The notes beneath the pieces were generated by a model. The model saw nothing but the letters and a program-made list of their open reading frames with translations, was not told where the DNA came from and made no database searches. Of a stretch of DNA of 64,000 nt, positions 1-12,703 are shown piece after piece. Made by a program: the position numbers and the translations under genes. The number at the start of each line of letters is the position of its first letter. The stretch's first letter is position 1. Source of the DNA: Anthoceros angustus (taxonomy: Eukaryota > Plantae > Anthocerotophyta); NCBI GenBank assembly GCA_010909165.1, contig VJWM01000063.1, positions 1,116,001 through 1,180,000 of the forward strand, in the 5' to 3' direction.

Positions 1-174
1 GAAGAAAGGGTAGTGATTTCCGCACATGCCTCTTACGTCAAGGCAGAAGTAGGCCTGAATGCGTATAGGTATGTTGACGTAGCAAGCTGGCCAGCGCTCC
101 ACGTTGGTATTCATGATATACACGAGCTACACCAATCAGAGGCTTACCAAAAGGATCAGGCCACATCGAGGACG

Positions 175-1245
<1,071 letters not shown>

Positions 1246-1516
1246 GGTGATCTTCAACCAAGCAAATCCACCCCCGAGACAGACGCCGGCTTCGCCGACC
1301 GCTTGCTGAGGGGTGTTCGAGCGTAGAAACGTCCGTTCGTGCAAGAAGAAGATTGTTATTCTGCATGCTGCCCGGACGAATATATAGACATAGCCCTAAC
1401 CCTAATAGGTTACCGAGCTTCTATTCTAAAGTTACCGAGCCTTGGGTAGAGCAGGGAGCTGGGAGGAAGGCTGCCGTCGCCCCGTCTGGCGATCTTTGCT
1501 CAGGCGGGCGATCAGC
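1246..1516. promoter_or_regulatory. Bidirectional promoter shared by RPS20 and SF3B3
   Basis: Head-to-head ATGs about 270 bp apart; telo-box-like ccctaaccctaat at about 1394-1406; GTTACCGAGC repeated twice at about 1409-1440. Confidence 0.6.
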
Positions 1517-4500
1517 ATGTATCTGTACAGCTTGACGCTACAACGAGCTACTGGGATAGTGTGTGCAACATATGGCAACTTCACAGGGGGCAAGACGCAG
1601 GAGATAGTGGTCGCCAGAGGCAAGGTGTTGGACTTGTTGCGGCCCGATGATAATGGCAAGCTGCAGACGTTGTTGTCTGTGGAAGTGTTTGGAGCTATCC
1701 GGTCTCTGGTGCAGTTTCGCTTGACCGGGTCTCAGAAGGACTACATCGTGGTGGGTTCTGACTCAGGGAGGATAGTAATTCTTGAGTACAACAAGGAGAA
1801 GAATGCGTTCGAGAAGGTCCACCAGGAGACGTTCGGGAAGTCAGGATGTCGACGTATTGTGCCCGGCCAGTATTTGGCGGTGGATCCAAAAGGTCGTGCC
1901 GTTATGATTGGAGCTTGTGAGAAGCAGAAGCTGGTCTATGTGCTGAACAGGGACAATGCTGCCCGCCTCACGATTTCGTCTCCGCTGGAAGCCCACAAGT
2001 CTCACACGATTGTGTATTCCATCTGCGGGGTCGATTGTGGCTTTGAAAACCCTATTTTTGCAGCCATCGAGCTGGACTATGCAGAAGCTGATCAGGACTC
2101 TACCGGGCAAGCGGCAAGTGAGGCCCAGAAGCATCTGACGTTCTATGAGCTGGACCTTGGACTGAACCATGTTGTGCGCAAGTGGTCAGAGCCGGTTGAC
2201 AATGGTGCTTATTTGCTGGTCACGGTTCCGGGTGGACTTGATGGGCCCAGTGGAGTTTTGATATGTGCTGAGAATTTTGTGTTCTACAAGAATCAGGGCC
2301 ATCCTGAGTTGCGAGCTGTGATACCCAGGAGGGCCGACCTACCGTCCGAGAGGGGGGTTCTGATTGTGTCAGCTGCGACGCATAAGCAGAAAGCAATGTT
2401 CTTCTTTTTGTTGCAAACTGAGTATGGCGACATTTTCAAGGCAACGCTGGAGTACGACAAGGATGGGCAAGTCACAGAACTTAAGTTGAAGTACTTTGAC
2501 ACCATTCCGGTGACATCGGCTATGTGTGTGCTGAAATCGGGATTCCTCTTTGCAGCCTCTGAGTTTGGGAACCATGCACTTTACCAGTTTCAGGGGATTG
2601 GAGATGATGCTGATGTGGCGTCTACTTCCAAGAATTTGATGGAGACTGATGATGGTTTTGAACCAGTAGTTTTCCATCCTCGCAAGTTGAAGAACCTTGT
2701 GCAAATTGACGAGGTGGAAAGCCTTATGCCTATCCTGGACATGAGAGTTGCCAATCTCTTCGAGGAGGAAACCTCTCAGATATTCGCTTTGTGTGGGAGG
2801 GGGTCCCGATCCTCTCTGAGAGTATTACGCCCAGGCCTTGCTGTTACTGAGATGGCAGTTTCACAGCTTCCAGGTGTGCCCAGTGCTGTCTGGACAGTGA
2901 AAAAGAGCGTCAATGATGAGTTTGATGCTTACATTGTGGTGTCCTTTGTGAATGCAACTCTGGTGCTGTCAATTGGAGAAACTGTGGAGGAAGTAAGTGA
3001 CAGTGGTTTCCTGGACACAACTCCCTCTCTCGCTGTGTGTCTACTAGGTGAAGACTCTTTGATGCAGGTCCACCCTAACGGAATCAGGCACATCAGAGCG
3101 GATGGGCGTATAAATGAATGGAAGACTCCTGGCAAGAAAACAATTGCCCGAGTAGGTTGCAACAGGATGCAAGTGGTGATTGCCCTGAGTGGAGGAGAAC
3201 TTATATATTTTGAGATGGATGTTACTGGGCAGCTTATGGAAATAGAGAAAAGAGAAATGGCAGGTGATGTTGCATGTCTGGACATTGCCCCTGTGCCTGA
3301 AGGGCGTCAGCGCTCTAGATTTCTAGCGGTTGGATCTTATGACAGTACGATTAGAATTATCTCATTAGATCCAGATGACTGCATGCAGATATTGAGCGTC
3401 CAGGCGGTACCATCTCCCCCAGAATCACTGTTATTGCTGGAGGTTCAAGCTTCAACAGGTGGTGAAGATGGAGCGGATCATCCAGCAAGTGTTTTCCTTA
3501 ATGCTGGCTTGCAGAATGGTGTGCTTCTGAGAACAGAGGTAGATATGGTCACTGGCCAGCTGTCTGATACCCGAACGCGATTTCTGGGTCTAAGGGCACC
3601 CAAGCTGTTCTCTGCTCTGGTACGAGGGCGCCGAGCCATGCTTAGCCTGTCCAGCAGACCTTGGCTTGGGTACATCCATCAGGGGCATTTTCTTTTGACC
3701 CCTCTATCATATGAGACTCTGGAGTATGCTGCTTCGTTTTCTTCTGATCAGTGTGCTGAAGGTGTAGTGGCTGTAGCTGGTGATGCCCTGCGTGTTTTCA
3801 CAATTGAAAGGTTGGGAGAGACGTTCAATCAAACCGTTATTCCTCTTCGATATACTCCGAGGAAGTTTATTCTACACCCGAAACTGAAGTCACTCGTGGT
3901 TATTGAAAGTGACCAGGGCACTTTTACTACAGAGGAACGAGATGCCAATAAAAGAGAGGCCATAGAAGTTGCAGGGGAGAGTATTCAGATGGAAGTGGAG
4001 TATGCGGATGGGGAAGAGAAAGAGGATCCATTACCTGATGAGCAATATGGCTACCCAAAGAATGTGGCAGGTAGATGGGCATCATGTGTGCGTGTCTTGG
4101 ACCCAAAGGCCATGCAAACTACATGTCTGCTAGAGTTGCAGGAAAATGAAGCAGCACTGAGTGTCTGCGCCGTGACATTCCATGACAAGGATCTTGGGGT
4201 GGTTCTGGCTGTTGGAACAGCCAAGGATCTCAGGTTCTGGCCCAAGAAGGAGGCAGGTGGTGGTTTCATTCACATATACAGATTCACCAACGAGGGCAAG
4301 GGCTTGGAGCTGCTCCACAAAACCCCAGTGGATGGAGTTCCAAGTGCTCTTTGCTCCTTTCAAGGCCGACTGTTGGTAGGTGTGGGGCAAGTGCTTAGGA
4401 TATATGACCTGGGCAAGAGGAAGCTGCTAAGAAAGTGTGAGATAAAGAATTTTCCTAATACTATCATTGCCATCCATACTTGTGGGGACCGCATATACGT

Positions 4501-5146
4501 AGGTGACATCCAGGAGTCGTTCCATTATGTTAAATACCGACGAGATGAGAATCAGCTGTACACATTTGCAGATGACAGTTGTCCCAGGTGGCTCACAGCA
4601 TCTTTGCACATCGATTTTGATACCATGGCTGGTGCAGATAAATTCGGCAACATCTACTTCATGCGCCTTCCTCAGGATATCTCGGACGAAATCGAAGATG
4701 ATCCGACGGGTGGGAAGATCAAGTGGGAGCAGGGACGATTGAATGGGGCCCCCAACAAAGTTGAGGAGATCATTCAATTTCACATTGGTGAGGTTGTGAC
4801 CTGCCTGCAGAAGGCTTCCCTCATACCTGGTGGTGGAGAAAGCGTGCTTTACGGGACGGTCATGGGAAGTGTTGGTGCTCTACTGCCATTCACTTCCCGT
4901 GAAGATGTGGACTTTTTCTCGCATCTTGAGATGCATCTCAGACAGGAAAATCCACCCCTGTGTGGCAGAGATCACATGACATACAGGTCTGCCTACTTTC
5001 CTGTCAAGGATGTTGTTGACGGTGACCTGTGTGAACAGTACCCGACTCTTTCAGCTGATGTGCAACGGAAGATCGCTGATGAACTAGACCGCACACCTGG
5101 GGAAATTTTGAAGAAGTTGGAAGACATTAGGAATCGGATCATTTGA
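1517..5146 (+). CDS. SF3B3: Splicing factor 3B subunit 3 (SAP130), intronless
   Basis: Starts MYLYSLTLQRATGI; contains HQETFGKSGCRRIVPGQYLAVDPKGRA; ends ELDRTPGEILKKLEDIRNRII. One uninterrupted ORF. Confidence 0.98.
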   Translation: MYLYSLTLQRATGIVCATYGNFTGGKTQEIVVARGKVLDLLRPDDNGKLQTLLSVEVFGAIRSLVQFRLTGSQKDYIVVGSDSGRIVILEYNKEKNAFEKVHQETFGKSGCRRIVPGQYLAVDPKGRAVMIGACEKQKLVYVLNRDNAARLTISSPLEAHKSHTIVYSICGVDCGFENPIFAAIELDYAEADQDSTGQAASEAQKHLTFYELDLGLNHVVRKWSEPVDNGAYLLVTVPGGLDGPSGVLICAENFVFYKNQGHPELRAVIPRRADLPSERGVLIVSAATHKQKAMFFFLLQTEYGDIFKATLEYDKDGQVTELKLKYFDTIPVTSAMCVLKSGFLFAASEFGNHALYQFQGIGDDADVASTSKNLMETDDGFEPVVFHPRKLKNLVQIDEVESLMPILDMRVANLFEEETSQIFALCGRGSRSSLRVLRPGLAVTEMAVSQLPGVPSAVWTVKKSVNDEFDAYIVVSFVNATLVLSIGETVEEVSDSGFLDTTPSLAVCLLGEDSLMQVHPNGIRHIRADGRINEWKTPGKKTIARVGCNRMQVVIALSGGELIYFEMDVTGQLMEIEKREMAGDVACLDIAPVPEGRQRSRFLAVGSYDSTIRIISLDPDDCMQILSVQAVPSPPESLLLLEVQASTGGEDGADHPASVFLNAGLQNGVLLRTEVDMVTGQLSDTRTRFLGLRAPKLFSALVRGRRAMLSLSSRPWLGYIHQGHFLLTPLSYETLEYAASFSSDQCAEGVVAVAGDALRVFTIERLGETFNQTVIPLRYTPRKFILHPKLKSLVVIESDQGTFTTEERDANKREAIEVAGESIQMEVEYADGEEKEDPLPDEQYGYPKNVAGRWASCVRVLDPKAMQTTCLLELQENEAALSVCAVTFHDKDLGVVLAVGTAKDLRFWPKKEAGGGFIHIYRFTNEGKGLELLHKTPVDGVPSALCSFQGRLLVGVGQVLRIYDLGKRKLLRKCEIKNFPNTIIAIHTCGDRIYVGDIQESFHYVKYRRDENQLYTFADDSCPRWLTASLHIDFDTMAGADKFGNIYFMRLPQDISDEIEDDPTGGKIKWEQGRLNGAPNKVEEIIQFHIGEVVTCLQKASLIPGGGESVLYGTVMGSVGALLPFTSREDVDFFSHLEMHLRQENPPLCGRDHMTYRSAYFPVKDVVDGDLCEQYPTLSADVQRKIADELDRTPGEILKKLEDIRNRII

Positions 5147-5354
5147 GGCAGATGATGTGCAGTGGGCCGCGCTGTGTTGGAGGACGCGATTGTACACTAG
5201 TAGATCGGCCCAGCTTTGTAGGCTGGTTTCCTCACGAGATCAAGACCAACCTGGGTCTAAACTCTTTGGTATCACCCTTCGTTCCCTGTGTTAGGTTCCA
5301 GACCCTTGGAATTCAAGGATTAGATTCTTTGATGTACTCCCTGCTATAAATCTG

Positions 5355-5533
5355 TGCACCTTCCTCCCTGCCTGCAGGGACGACCACGTGGAATCGGTTG
5401 TGAAGCAGATCACCTGTATCACCCTCGGGCCAGGTGTTGAGGCGGAGGTTACCATGGCCGATGTTTAGGTCTCTCCCACTTCGCGAGAAATTTTTGTTTG
5501 AGTGAAGTAACACCGTGTTGATCGGTGATGTTG
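5355..5533 (+). pseudogene. Degenerate inverted copy of RPS20 last exon and 3' UTR
   Basis: cctgcagggacgaccacgtgg...gtgaagcagatcacc...gaggttaccatggccgatgtttaggtctctcccact matches the reverse complement of about 603-832 with an internal deletion. Confidence 0.85.
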
Positions 5534-6109
5534 TCCATTCCTCGAGTTTGGCGTGTTCCTACAGACTTCGGACCTCTTTGTCATTACCCTGGTACGTTGT
5601 CCCTTTGATTATTCACCGTCGGGAAGTTGCAAGGTAGCCGATGGCACCGATGGAGCCTTGGAAACGAATTTTCCACGTGCCGATGGCACCGATAGAGCCT
5701 TGGAAGTTTCCACAAAGTGGTGGGCAAACGACATGGAACTGTGAACCCAGTCACGACCCAGATCCTGTAGTTGAGGGATCTGCTGCGCCACAATTTGCTT
5801 GCACAACGTGATTCTTACTTCTGGGCTGTTTCCTAGCACGCCATCCACCAAGCACGCTATCGCACGACTCACAAAGAAGTGGATAGACTACGGCTGAGAC
5901 ACGAAAAGGAGGGGCGCTGTGCTCTTTCATCTGACATTCGCACACGCGCGACGTCACGGGCCCTGAAAGAGAAACCTCCTTGCAGGCTGGCTGCCGTAAT
6001 TGCTGCTCTTTCTCATAAGTTCTTGCACTGCGGATTGTGAATGCGAGCACTGCAGCTAGCTCTTGAGAAGCCTGCTTCTTTGTCCGTCCTCGACCTCGAC
6101 TCCTCCGAC

Positions 6110-6331
6110 ATGGCACACCGGCATGTGGCCACCAGCACACACAGGCTGATCAAGCCACACCGTGATGCCAATTACCTCGTTACTCTTCGGCATGCGGATG
6201 CGCACCATCACATCCACAAAGTCGCGAGACATCACGGCTTGTCAGCTACCGCCATCATCAACTTCATGACTGCTGGAGTCACGCTGCTCTCTGCTGTGAT
6301 CGCTCTTGGAGCAGCGGTGGCTATGCTCTAG
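6110..6331 (+). CDS. Orphan 73-aa His-rich protein with C-terminal hydrophobic helix (copy A)
   Basis: MAHRHVATSTHRLIKPHRDANYLVTLRHADAHHHIHKVARHHGLSATAIINFMTAGVTLLSAVIALGAAVAML; the ORF is also intact in the diverged paralog at 17802-18029. Confidence 0.6.
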   Translation: MAHRHVATSTHRLIKPHRDANYLVTLRHADAHHHIHKVARHHGLSATAIINFMTAGVTLLSAVIALGAAVAML

Positions 6332-6464
6332 CGGCATAGTAGCACTCCGTTGGATGGGGTCCAGATCTGATCATGAATCAGGCATGTCGTCAAGGGTCCC
6401 TTGGGGTTTTGTGAATATCTGTTTTAGAATGAACTCGTCCTATGTGTCGGTTTCCTGTTTGTGA

Positions 6465-8154
6465 AGATTTCAAGCGCCTTTGCTAGACTGCAATGTCACA
6501 AATGTCAAGCCCTTGATAGCCTGCTGTACACAACATATGCTCAACCTGTGCACAACATGCACAATGTACGTTGCGCATCGTGTAAGTAAAGGTTTACTTG
6601 TCTTCACGTGACACACTACACTTCAGCAGTCCAGATAGAGATGCTGACAGTAGCTTCAAAAAGGTTCTCTAAACATCGTGAATTCGATGTCACTCTGGAG
6701 AAATCTACCCTTAGTCATAAACGCAAGCACTGAGGATGTCATTCACCTGGTGAGAGCCACAAAACCGATAAAAGGTTGGTTGTACAGTCAGAATGGATCA
6801 CGATACCACGAAGGCACGAACCAATTAAGCCTGAACTCACCTGTCTCGTCTGTGAAGGAGCCCCATGCTCAGATCCCGCTCCTCTCTGCCACATGTCAAA
6901 ATAAGGGCATGAGGTCCTTGAACGCAGCACAGCAACGTCCAGCCACATCCAGTAAAAGTGCTCATGCAAGCAATTGGCACCAGTTCCTCCTGCCCTCATG
7001 TTGCAGAGCATATCATATCCTGTTCCAATCAAGACAGTTTGACTCTCCAGGACCCCTTGTTGTACAAAAGTGGCACAAGTGTGCGCGGCACTAACAGTGC
7101 TGCCTATGTGTCAGAGAAAGACATACATATCAACGGCCAGGCCTGATCTTCATAGCAGATAAGGACTTGGTTGCAGGCTTGGAATAGGGTGAATGTTACT
7201 GTATCGAACTTGCGCAAAAAAGAAAACAATTCTGACTTGAGTTACATGGGGAGCGACCTACTGCCCCGTTAACTAGAAGTTCTATAACGATATGGACTAA
7301 TGCACAATGCACATTGTGCATGTTGTGTACGGCAGGCTATCCCGGGGCTTGACATTTGTGACATTACATTCTAGCAAAGGTGCTTGCAATTTTCATGTGC
7401 AGGCGCCAGCAACCTCCACCTCCGAGTACCAATTTTCTGCATGTTTGAGGTGATTTGAGGCGTACGCTCTTCGATCGTCTCCCTTCTGGTACTGCCTGGT
7501 AATGCTCGCCTGCGCATCGGGCCAATACCGCGGATTCTTCACACCTGGTCCAGCCAGTTTCAGGTTTATTCGGAGAGCACGACTTGGAAGGAGAGGAAGG
7601 TCCATGGTCCATCTGCCTTTAGAAGCATAGGCAAGGAAAAGGCCGGCTCATCATACCAAGCTGGCTTGCACACGCTGTTTATCCACAGGATCTCGCCGCA
7701 CCCCTTTTACGCCAGACCTTAGGCTGTTCACTCTGAATAGCATGAATCCTTCATGACCTCGGCTTCCGCACTTCCGCCACCATTCGCTCTAACCACGGCC
7801 AGTGCTCAGCCAACACAACGCAACTATGAAGATCGGGCCAGGCCGTTGATATGTCTTTCTCTGACGAATAGGCAGCACTGTTCGTGCCAGGCTCGGCCAT
7901 CCTCGTACTACAAGGGGTCTTGGAGACAAACTGCCTTGATTTGGACAGGATGTGCTTTGCAACACAAGGACAGACGGAACTGGTGCCAATTGCCCTAGGC
8001 CTCACAGGAACCAGGAACCAGGAACCAGCACACCACACCGCACAAGTAACGTAAACCTTTATAAACAGCATGCGCAATGCGCAATGCACATTGTGCATGT
8101 TGTGTACATCAGGGTATCCAGGGCTTCACATTTGTGACATTACAGTCTGGCAGA
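6465..8154. repeat. Cluster of inverted repeats
   Basis: A 110-150 bp unit (tgtcacaaatgtcaagccc...acaacatgcacaatgt) at about 6465-6600 (+), 7300-7420 (-), 8000-8154 (-) and 18180-18430 (+); about 6968-7155 is an inverted copy of about 7823-7993. Confidence 0.8.
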
Positions 8155-9563
8155 GTCAAAACCTTGTTGATAGTAACCATCTCTTTAGTGATCGTGAAAG
8201 TCTGATTTGTTGAACAGACTGTCAAGGGTGCTGTACCCTCAGATTCAAGTTTCCCCTTCAGTTGAAGCTTTTCCGCTTCTGTCAAAGCCTGTTGGATTCA
8301 TTAGAAGTGCACATCATGGACACTTGAAGCTTGAGCAAGTCGAGCACAAACCTCAAGAGCTTGCAGTACAAGGGCTTGGTCTTTCTTGAATGTCTTGCCA
8401 ACCTCTTTTCTGTTGGGATCAAGCTTGACTATCTGGACAGCCGTACATTTGAGTCAGATACATCACACAATCAGAAACCAAGCCTCCAGGACAAGGGAAG
8501 GATGAAGACACTATACCTCAACCTCCTTCGGTGTGGCATACTTCGCATATGCATTCAACTTCTCGTTGCTCTTTTCCTGCCAATAACGGGATCCCTCAAG
8601 GATGAGACAAGTTTTCAGATCTGCCAACTACACATGGCGTGAGAGGCGTGAGCACGAAGGATGCACACTTACCGCATGGGCTTTCAGTCATAAGCAGACC
8701 TGTCTGCTATACCCACACACTCTATCCAGCCATAAGAGCAATGTATTTCTGCATCCCAGCAGTCCTCTGCATAGTGTGCCATCTCGTTTGGTAGATGTTG
8801 TCTGAAACGAAGACGATCAGTTTGGATCCCAAGACCAGTCAGAAAGAGGTAGGTTCTCCCAATAAAATAGCCGAGCGTTTGGTTGTTAATTGTTCCCTGT
8901 GAACCACACCAACTGACGAAACAGTCAGCAGCCAAAAAAAAATAGAGAGAGAAAAAACAACCAAACAACACTCGCCAACAGAGGTTCAGCAGACAGAGAG
9001 CTGGGATTGATACCTTCGCAACAGCATCCCCCAGACGCGTCTTCACTGGATTTCCCCCAGTAGTTTGCTGTTTCTGAGGGTACAAGAGCAACTCCAAATC
9101 CGCTACCATCAGAAACTCACGAACCCGTGACAGGCCCTGCCGAGGAGATATCTGCAAAAGCGGACGATCGAAACTCAGCTACTTAGCGACTCTGGCAAGC
9201 TTCCAGACCGTGTGACTGATCGTCACCACTCTCGAGCACCGCCTATACCTCGTTCCTGAAAGCAAGCCCGATCTGTGCAGCTGCAAACAGCAGCTTGTTG
9301 CCATTGTGGTAACACGGATGCTTGAAATTCACAAAAATGCCTTGCGCAATCTCCAGACGCAGATAACTGCACCACAAGACACCACCTGAATAGCCAATTC
9401 TGGCCCAGAACCAAAATCCAAATTCAGACCAGCATGCATGTTCGCATACCCTGGAGCCTTGCCAGCCGGTCCAATTGAAGTAGCAAACATGAGATTAGGG
9501 TAGGGCTCCGACAACGCATTCTTGTTGTTCGGCGACTTGATACCGAGTTCCTTCAACTTGGCC
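8155..9563 (-). pseudogene. Inverted, intron-containing partial duplicate of the GlyRS gene (14394-15868)
   Basis: Near-identical to GlyRS exons and introns (ISPRQGLxRVREF, [23 protein letters not shown]); the [18 protein letters not shown] segment is deleted; no start or end. Confidence 0.95.
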
Positions 9564-9569
9564 GAGAAG

Positions 9570-10125
9570 CCTGCCAGTAGTGAAACATCCAGTCACCAGC
9601 TACCAGGTGTTGTCCTGAACTCGTTCAGTTTGCGGTCCATCTCTATCCCATGTTTAGCCACAAAGGGCTTGCTTAAGAAACGTTGTGTAAACATAGCTTC
9701 TCCCCTGACCATCAGAACAACAAGTGAGTTCAATTGCTTAGTTCAATCTAGTGTGCCACAAATGGCACTGGTCGTGGAAATCATGGACAGCGCATGCAAA
9801 GCTGCAACTGCATCCATGTTGTAGTGAATGTAAAATTTGTGAGAATGCACAGAACGAAGGTTTACCACGGACCAGGAAATCATCCAGCAGAGAGATGAGA
9901 AGGGTACACAGCCGGGGTGGTTAAGAATGACAGCAATCAACAGCCACAGCTTTGCATCCCGAGCGTGCCAAAGAGGAAGGAGGCACTCGTGCAAAAAGTC
10001 CAAGACCTGGTCCCAAAGCCTGCAGCCTTCACGAAGTCCTCCAAGTTGCAAAAAGTTGCCACAGAGGGTGAAAATGCACCACCAGTACTTGTCTCGTCTG
10101 CAAAAGTAGTCCGACAAACCAATTT
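9570..10125 (-). pseudogene. Degenerate copies of an HVA22-like exon and its 3' UTR
   Basis: About 9570-9748 matches 11726-11898; about 9770-10125 matches 10590-10936, same orientation. Confidence 0.85.
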
Positions 10126-10250
10126 CCCAAACCCTCACTATAACCTGGCTTTGAGACCCTAGTCACTGTTACACAGAAACTTCTGAAGTTTGAATGGCCA
10201 TAGCTGCCGCCACACATCGAATGTCGGTATAGCTATGCTCGTCCAAATGG

Positions 10251-10453
10251 CTTAGGCCAAATGGACACACATTTATAAGAACGAACGTCGTGATTAAGCA
10301 TCCTGAGCTTAGATCGGTACTTAGATGGGTTCCCTAAAGGGAGTGAATGCCCTTGGTGCAAGTAGCTTAGGCACACCATGGTACAGTTGTTAAGTACCAA
10401 GTCCCATGACGGAAATCCGTCCTTAGTGGACTTAAATAAAATTCTTCTTCTTC
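10251..10453 (+). mobile_element. Short retroposon-like repeat (SINE or LINE 3' end), copy 1
   Basis: About 200 bp ending AATAAAA followed by a (TTC)n tail; homologs at 21021-21222 and 21226-21450. Confidence 0.6.
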
Positions 10454-10935
10454 ATCGGCTCATCTTGAAATGTACAAAATTACTAAGCGTGTGGAAAGTA
10501 TTTTCCCGAAAATACCTACCACACACCGCGGTCAGTTAGGGGCTGAAAACTCTCATCGGGAATATGTATACGTTCGTAACATGGCACACGTAGTATAAAT
10601 CATGCTCAAACCATCCAGGGCTGCATCCACATTGTAGTTTATGTAAAATTTCCGAGAATGTACAGGGCAAAGGTTTCCCAAGACTCCAGCCGAGATTTGA
10701 GATGCGTACACATCCGGGGTGGTCAAGAATGACAGCGATCAACATCCAAACTTTGCATCCCTAGCGTACCAAAGAGGAAGGAGGGACTCGTGCACGAGTC
10801 CAAGACCTGGTCCCAAAGCCTCCTGCCTTGCAAAATCAACTTACTTAGACCAAGTCCTCCGACTAGCAAAAAGTTACCACAGATAGTGAAAATGCACCAC
10901 TCGTCTCGTATGCAAAAGTAGTCAGACAAACCAAT

Positions 10936-12703
10936 TTACCAAACGCCACCACCACGGCCGCTTCCACCTTTGCTGCGACTTCTAAGCGCGTAGGGCAACT
11001 GGGCATTGGTGCCCACGCTCAAATCCGGGTACAGTGGTTGATCAGGTCGGTCGACCTGTTCCACAACATCATAATCCAGATCTTCCTCTTCCTGTACGAC
11101 GGCCCTCGGCCGAGGCATGGCTGGTGCAGTGGGTGTCGGAGAAGGATATGAGGGAGGTGGTGGCGATGGCGGCATATGCTGTGGGGGCTGTTGCCGCAAT
11201 GGGGCCTGCATATGTTGTCACAAGGAGAATATCATGCCAATGAATTTCACTGTGGATCAGAAGCAGATGCTGACAGTGCGAGGATCAAAGAGAAAAAACA
11301 CACAAAAAAATGTTGCTACCAAGTGGAAGAGAAAGAATTAGGCCCGATACAGAATTTTTTGATTCTCATTGGAATTCACTCGATGCAACACCTTGCGTGC
11401 CTCACTGCCTACCTTGCCAGAACTTGACCGAGATGGTGGGGGAGGAGGCCTTTGAGGCACTGCCTGCATGCCAAATGACAATACAGCATACTTAGGTCAA
11501 TGAAGAAGATTCCTCTTGAGAAACTGTGATGCCAGCACTAGCTCAACTTGGCCTAATCAACTCACAGCACTGTGCACATGACTCTCTAGCACATGCGATG
11601 CATCTCCTAAAAGGATATCAGTCTGCTGAAGAGAAGAGCACCTGGGAGCGCTGAGGCCTGGCTGACTGGGAAGCAACATACTGCAGAACCTCAAGGAACC
11701 TGGCCTGAAAGTAGGTGGAACCCGTCTGCCAGTAGTGAAACATCCAATCACCAGCTCTTGTCCTGAACTCATTCAAATTACGGTCGATCTCTGTCTCATG
11801 TTTAGCCACGAAGGGCTTGAGAAACGTTGTATAAACATACGTTGTCCCCTGAACACCAGAACAACAAGTGAGGTCAATTGCTTAGGTTCAAACTAGTGTC
11901 GTACCTAGCCACAAAGGGCTTCAGGTAAACTTCATAGATAGTGTACGCTCCCTGAACATCAAACCAAAGCAAAAGGAAAGACTTAGCAAGAATAGGATAA
12001 GAGGCATGGCTTGCGATAGTGGCATGCACTGGTGCTCAGATCAAGGAGTAGACTGGAGAGCGCCATACCCTAGTCTTGGGGTACCATAGATAAATGATGA
12101 AGGCAAGCTTAGCCTCACTGTACATAGGGACCCTGGCACAGAAATGAGAACATCTCAGCCACATTCAACCTTCAGCAAACGTTTGCTTCAGATTCCTGTG
12201 CAAGGCCAAGCTGATCAGCCTGTCTTCGTAACAACATTCTAGTCCTAGGTGGATAGACAGTGCACAACTATGGCATACCATGAAATGAGAGCATCACCAA
12301 CCCTTTCTAGCACCGTGACCATAGCTAAAATCATCCTGCAACCAGCCCAAAAAACCAGCATCACATTAGTCAACACAAGTGTGAGGTTATGTAGCCAGCA
12401 CACTTCCTGCCCTACTCTAGAGTGTCCAACATGCAGACCCTACCCCGCTGTCAATCACTGAAAAGTGGCAAAGGGGATCCCTGTACCAGTATTGACACCA
12501 GAAGCGCAGATTGTCCACATCAGGCCTATTTCTTTCCACAGACTTGAAACACTCGTACGCAGGATATACATATCCAAGCACCATGCTGCACCAACGACAA
12601 CGAAGTGAGTTGCAAGAGCTTGGACACCGTTCAGCCGCACATGAAACACAGTAATGCCCCTCAAAACTTACATGATCGCCCGGGTAATGAAGGACCCCAC
12701 CAT
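10936..12703 (-). CDS. HVA22-like protein (TB2/DP1/REEP family, long Pro-rich C-tail), multi-exon
   Basis: Spliced MVGSFITRAIIMVLGYVYPAYECFKSVERNRPDVDNLRFWCQYW-MILAMVTVLERVGDALISW-VPMYSEAKLAFIIYLWYPKTR-GTTYVYTTFLKPFVAKHETEIDRNL...; last exon lies in ORF 10936..11211. Confidence 0.92.

Noticed and set aside
1442-1516. ORF-track N-terminal extension of SF3B3
   Set aside because: It starts at TTG; the conserved protein begins at ATG 1517 (MYLYSL).
6465-7420. Inverted pair as Pack-MULE TIRs
   Set aside because: No 8-10 bp TSD seen, and the unit also occurs unpaired at about 8000 and 18180 as part of local duplications.
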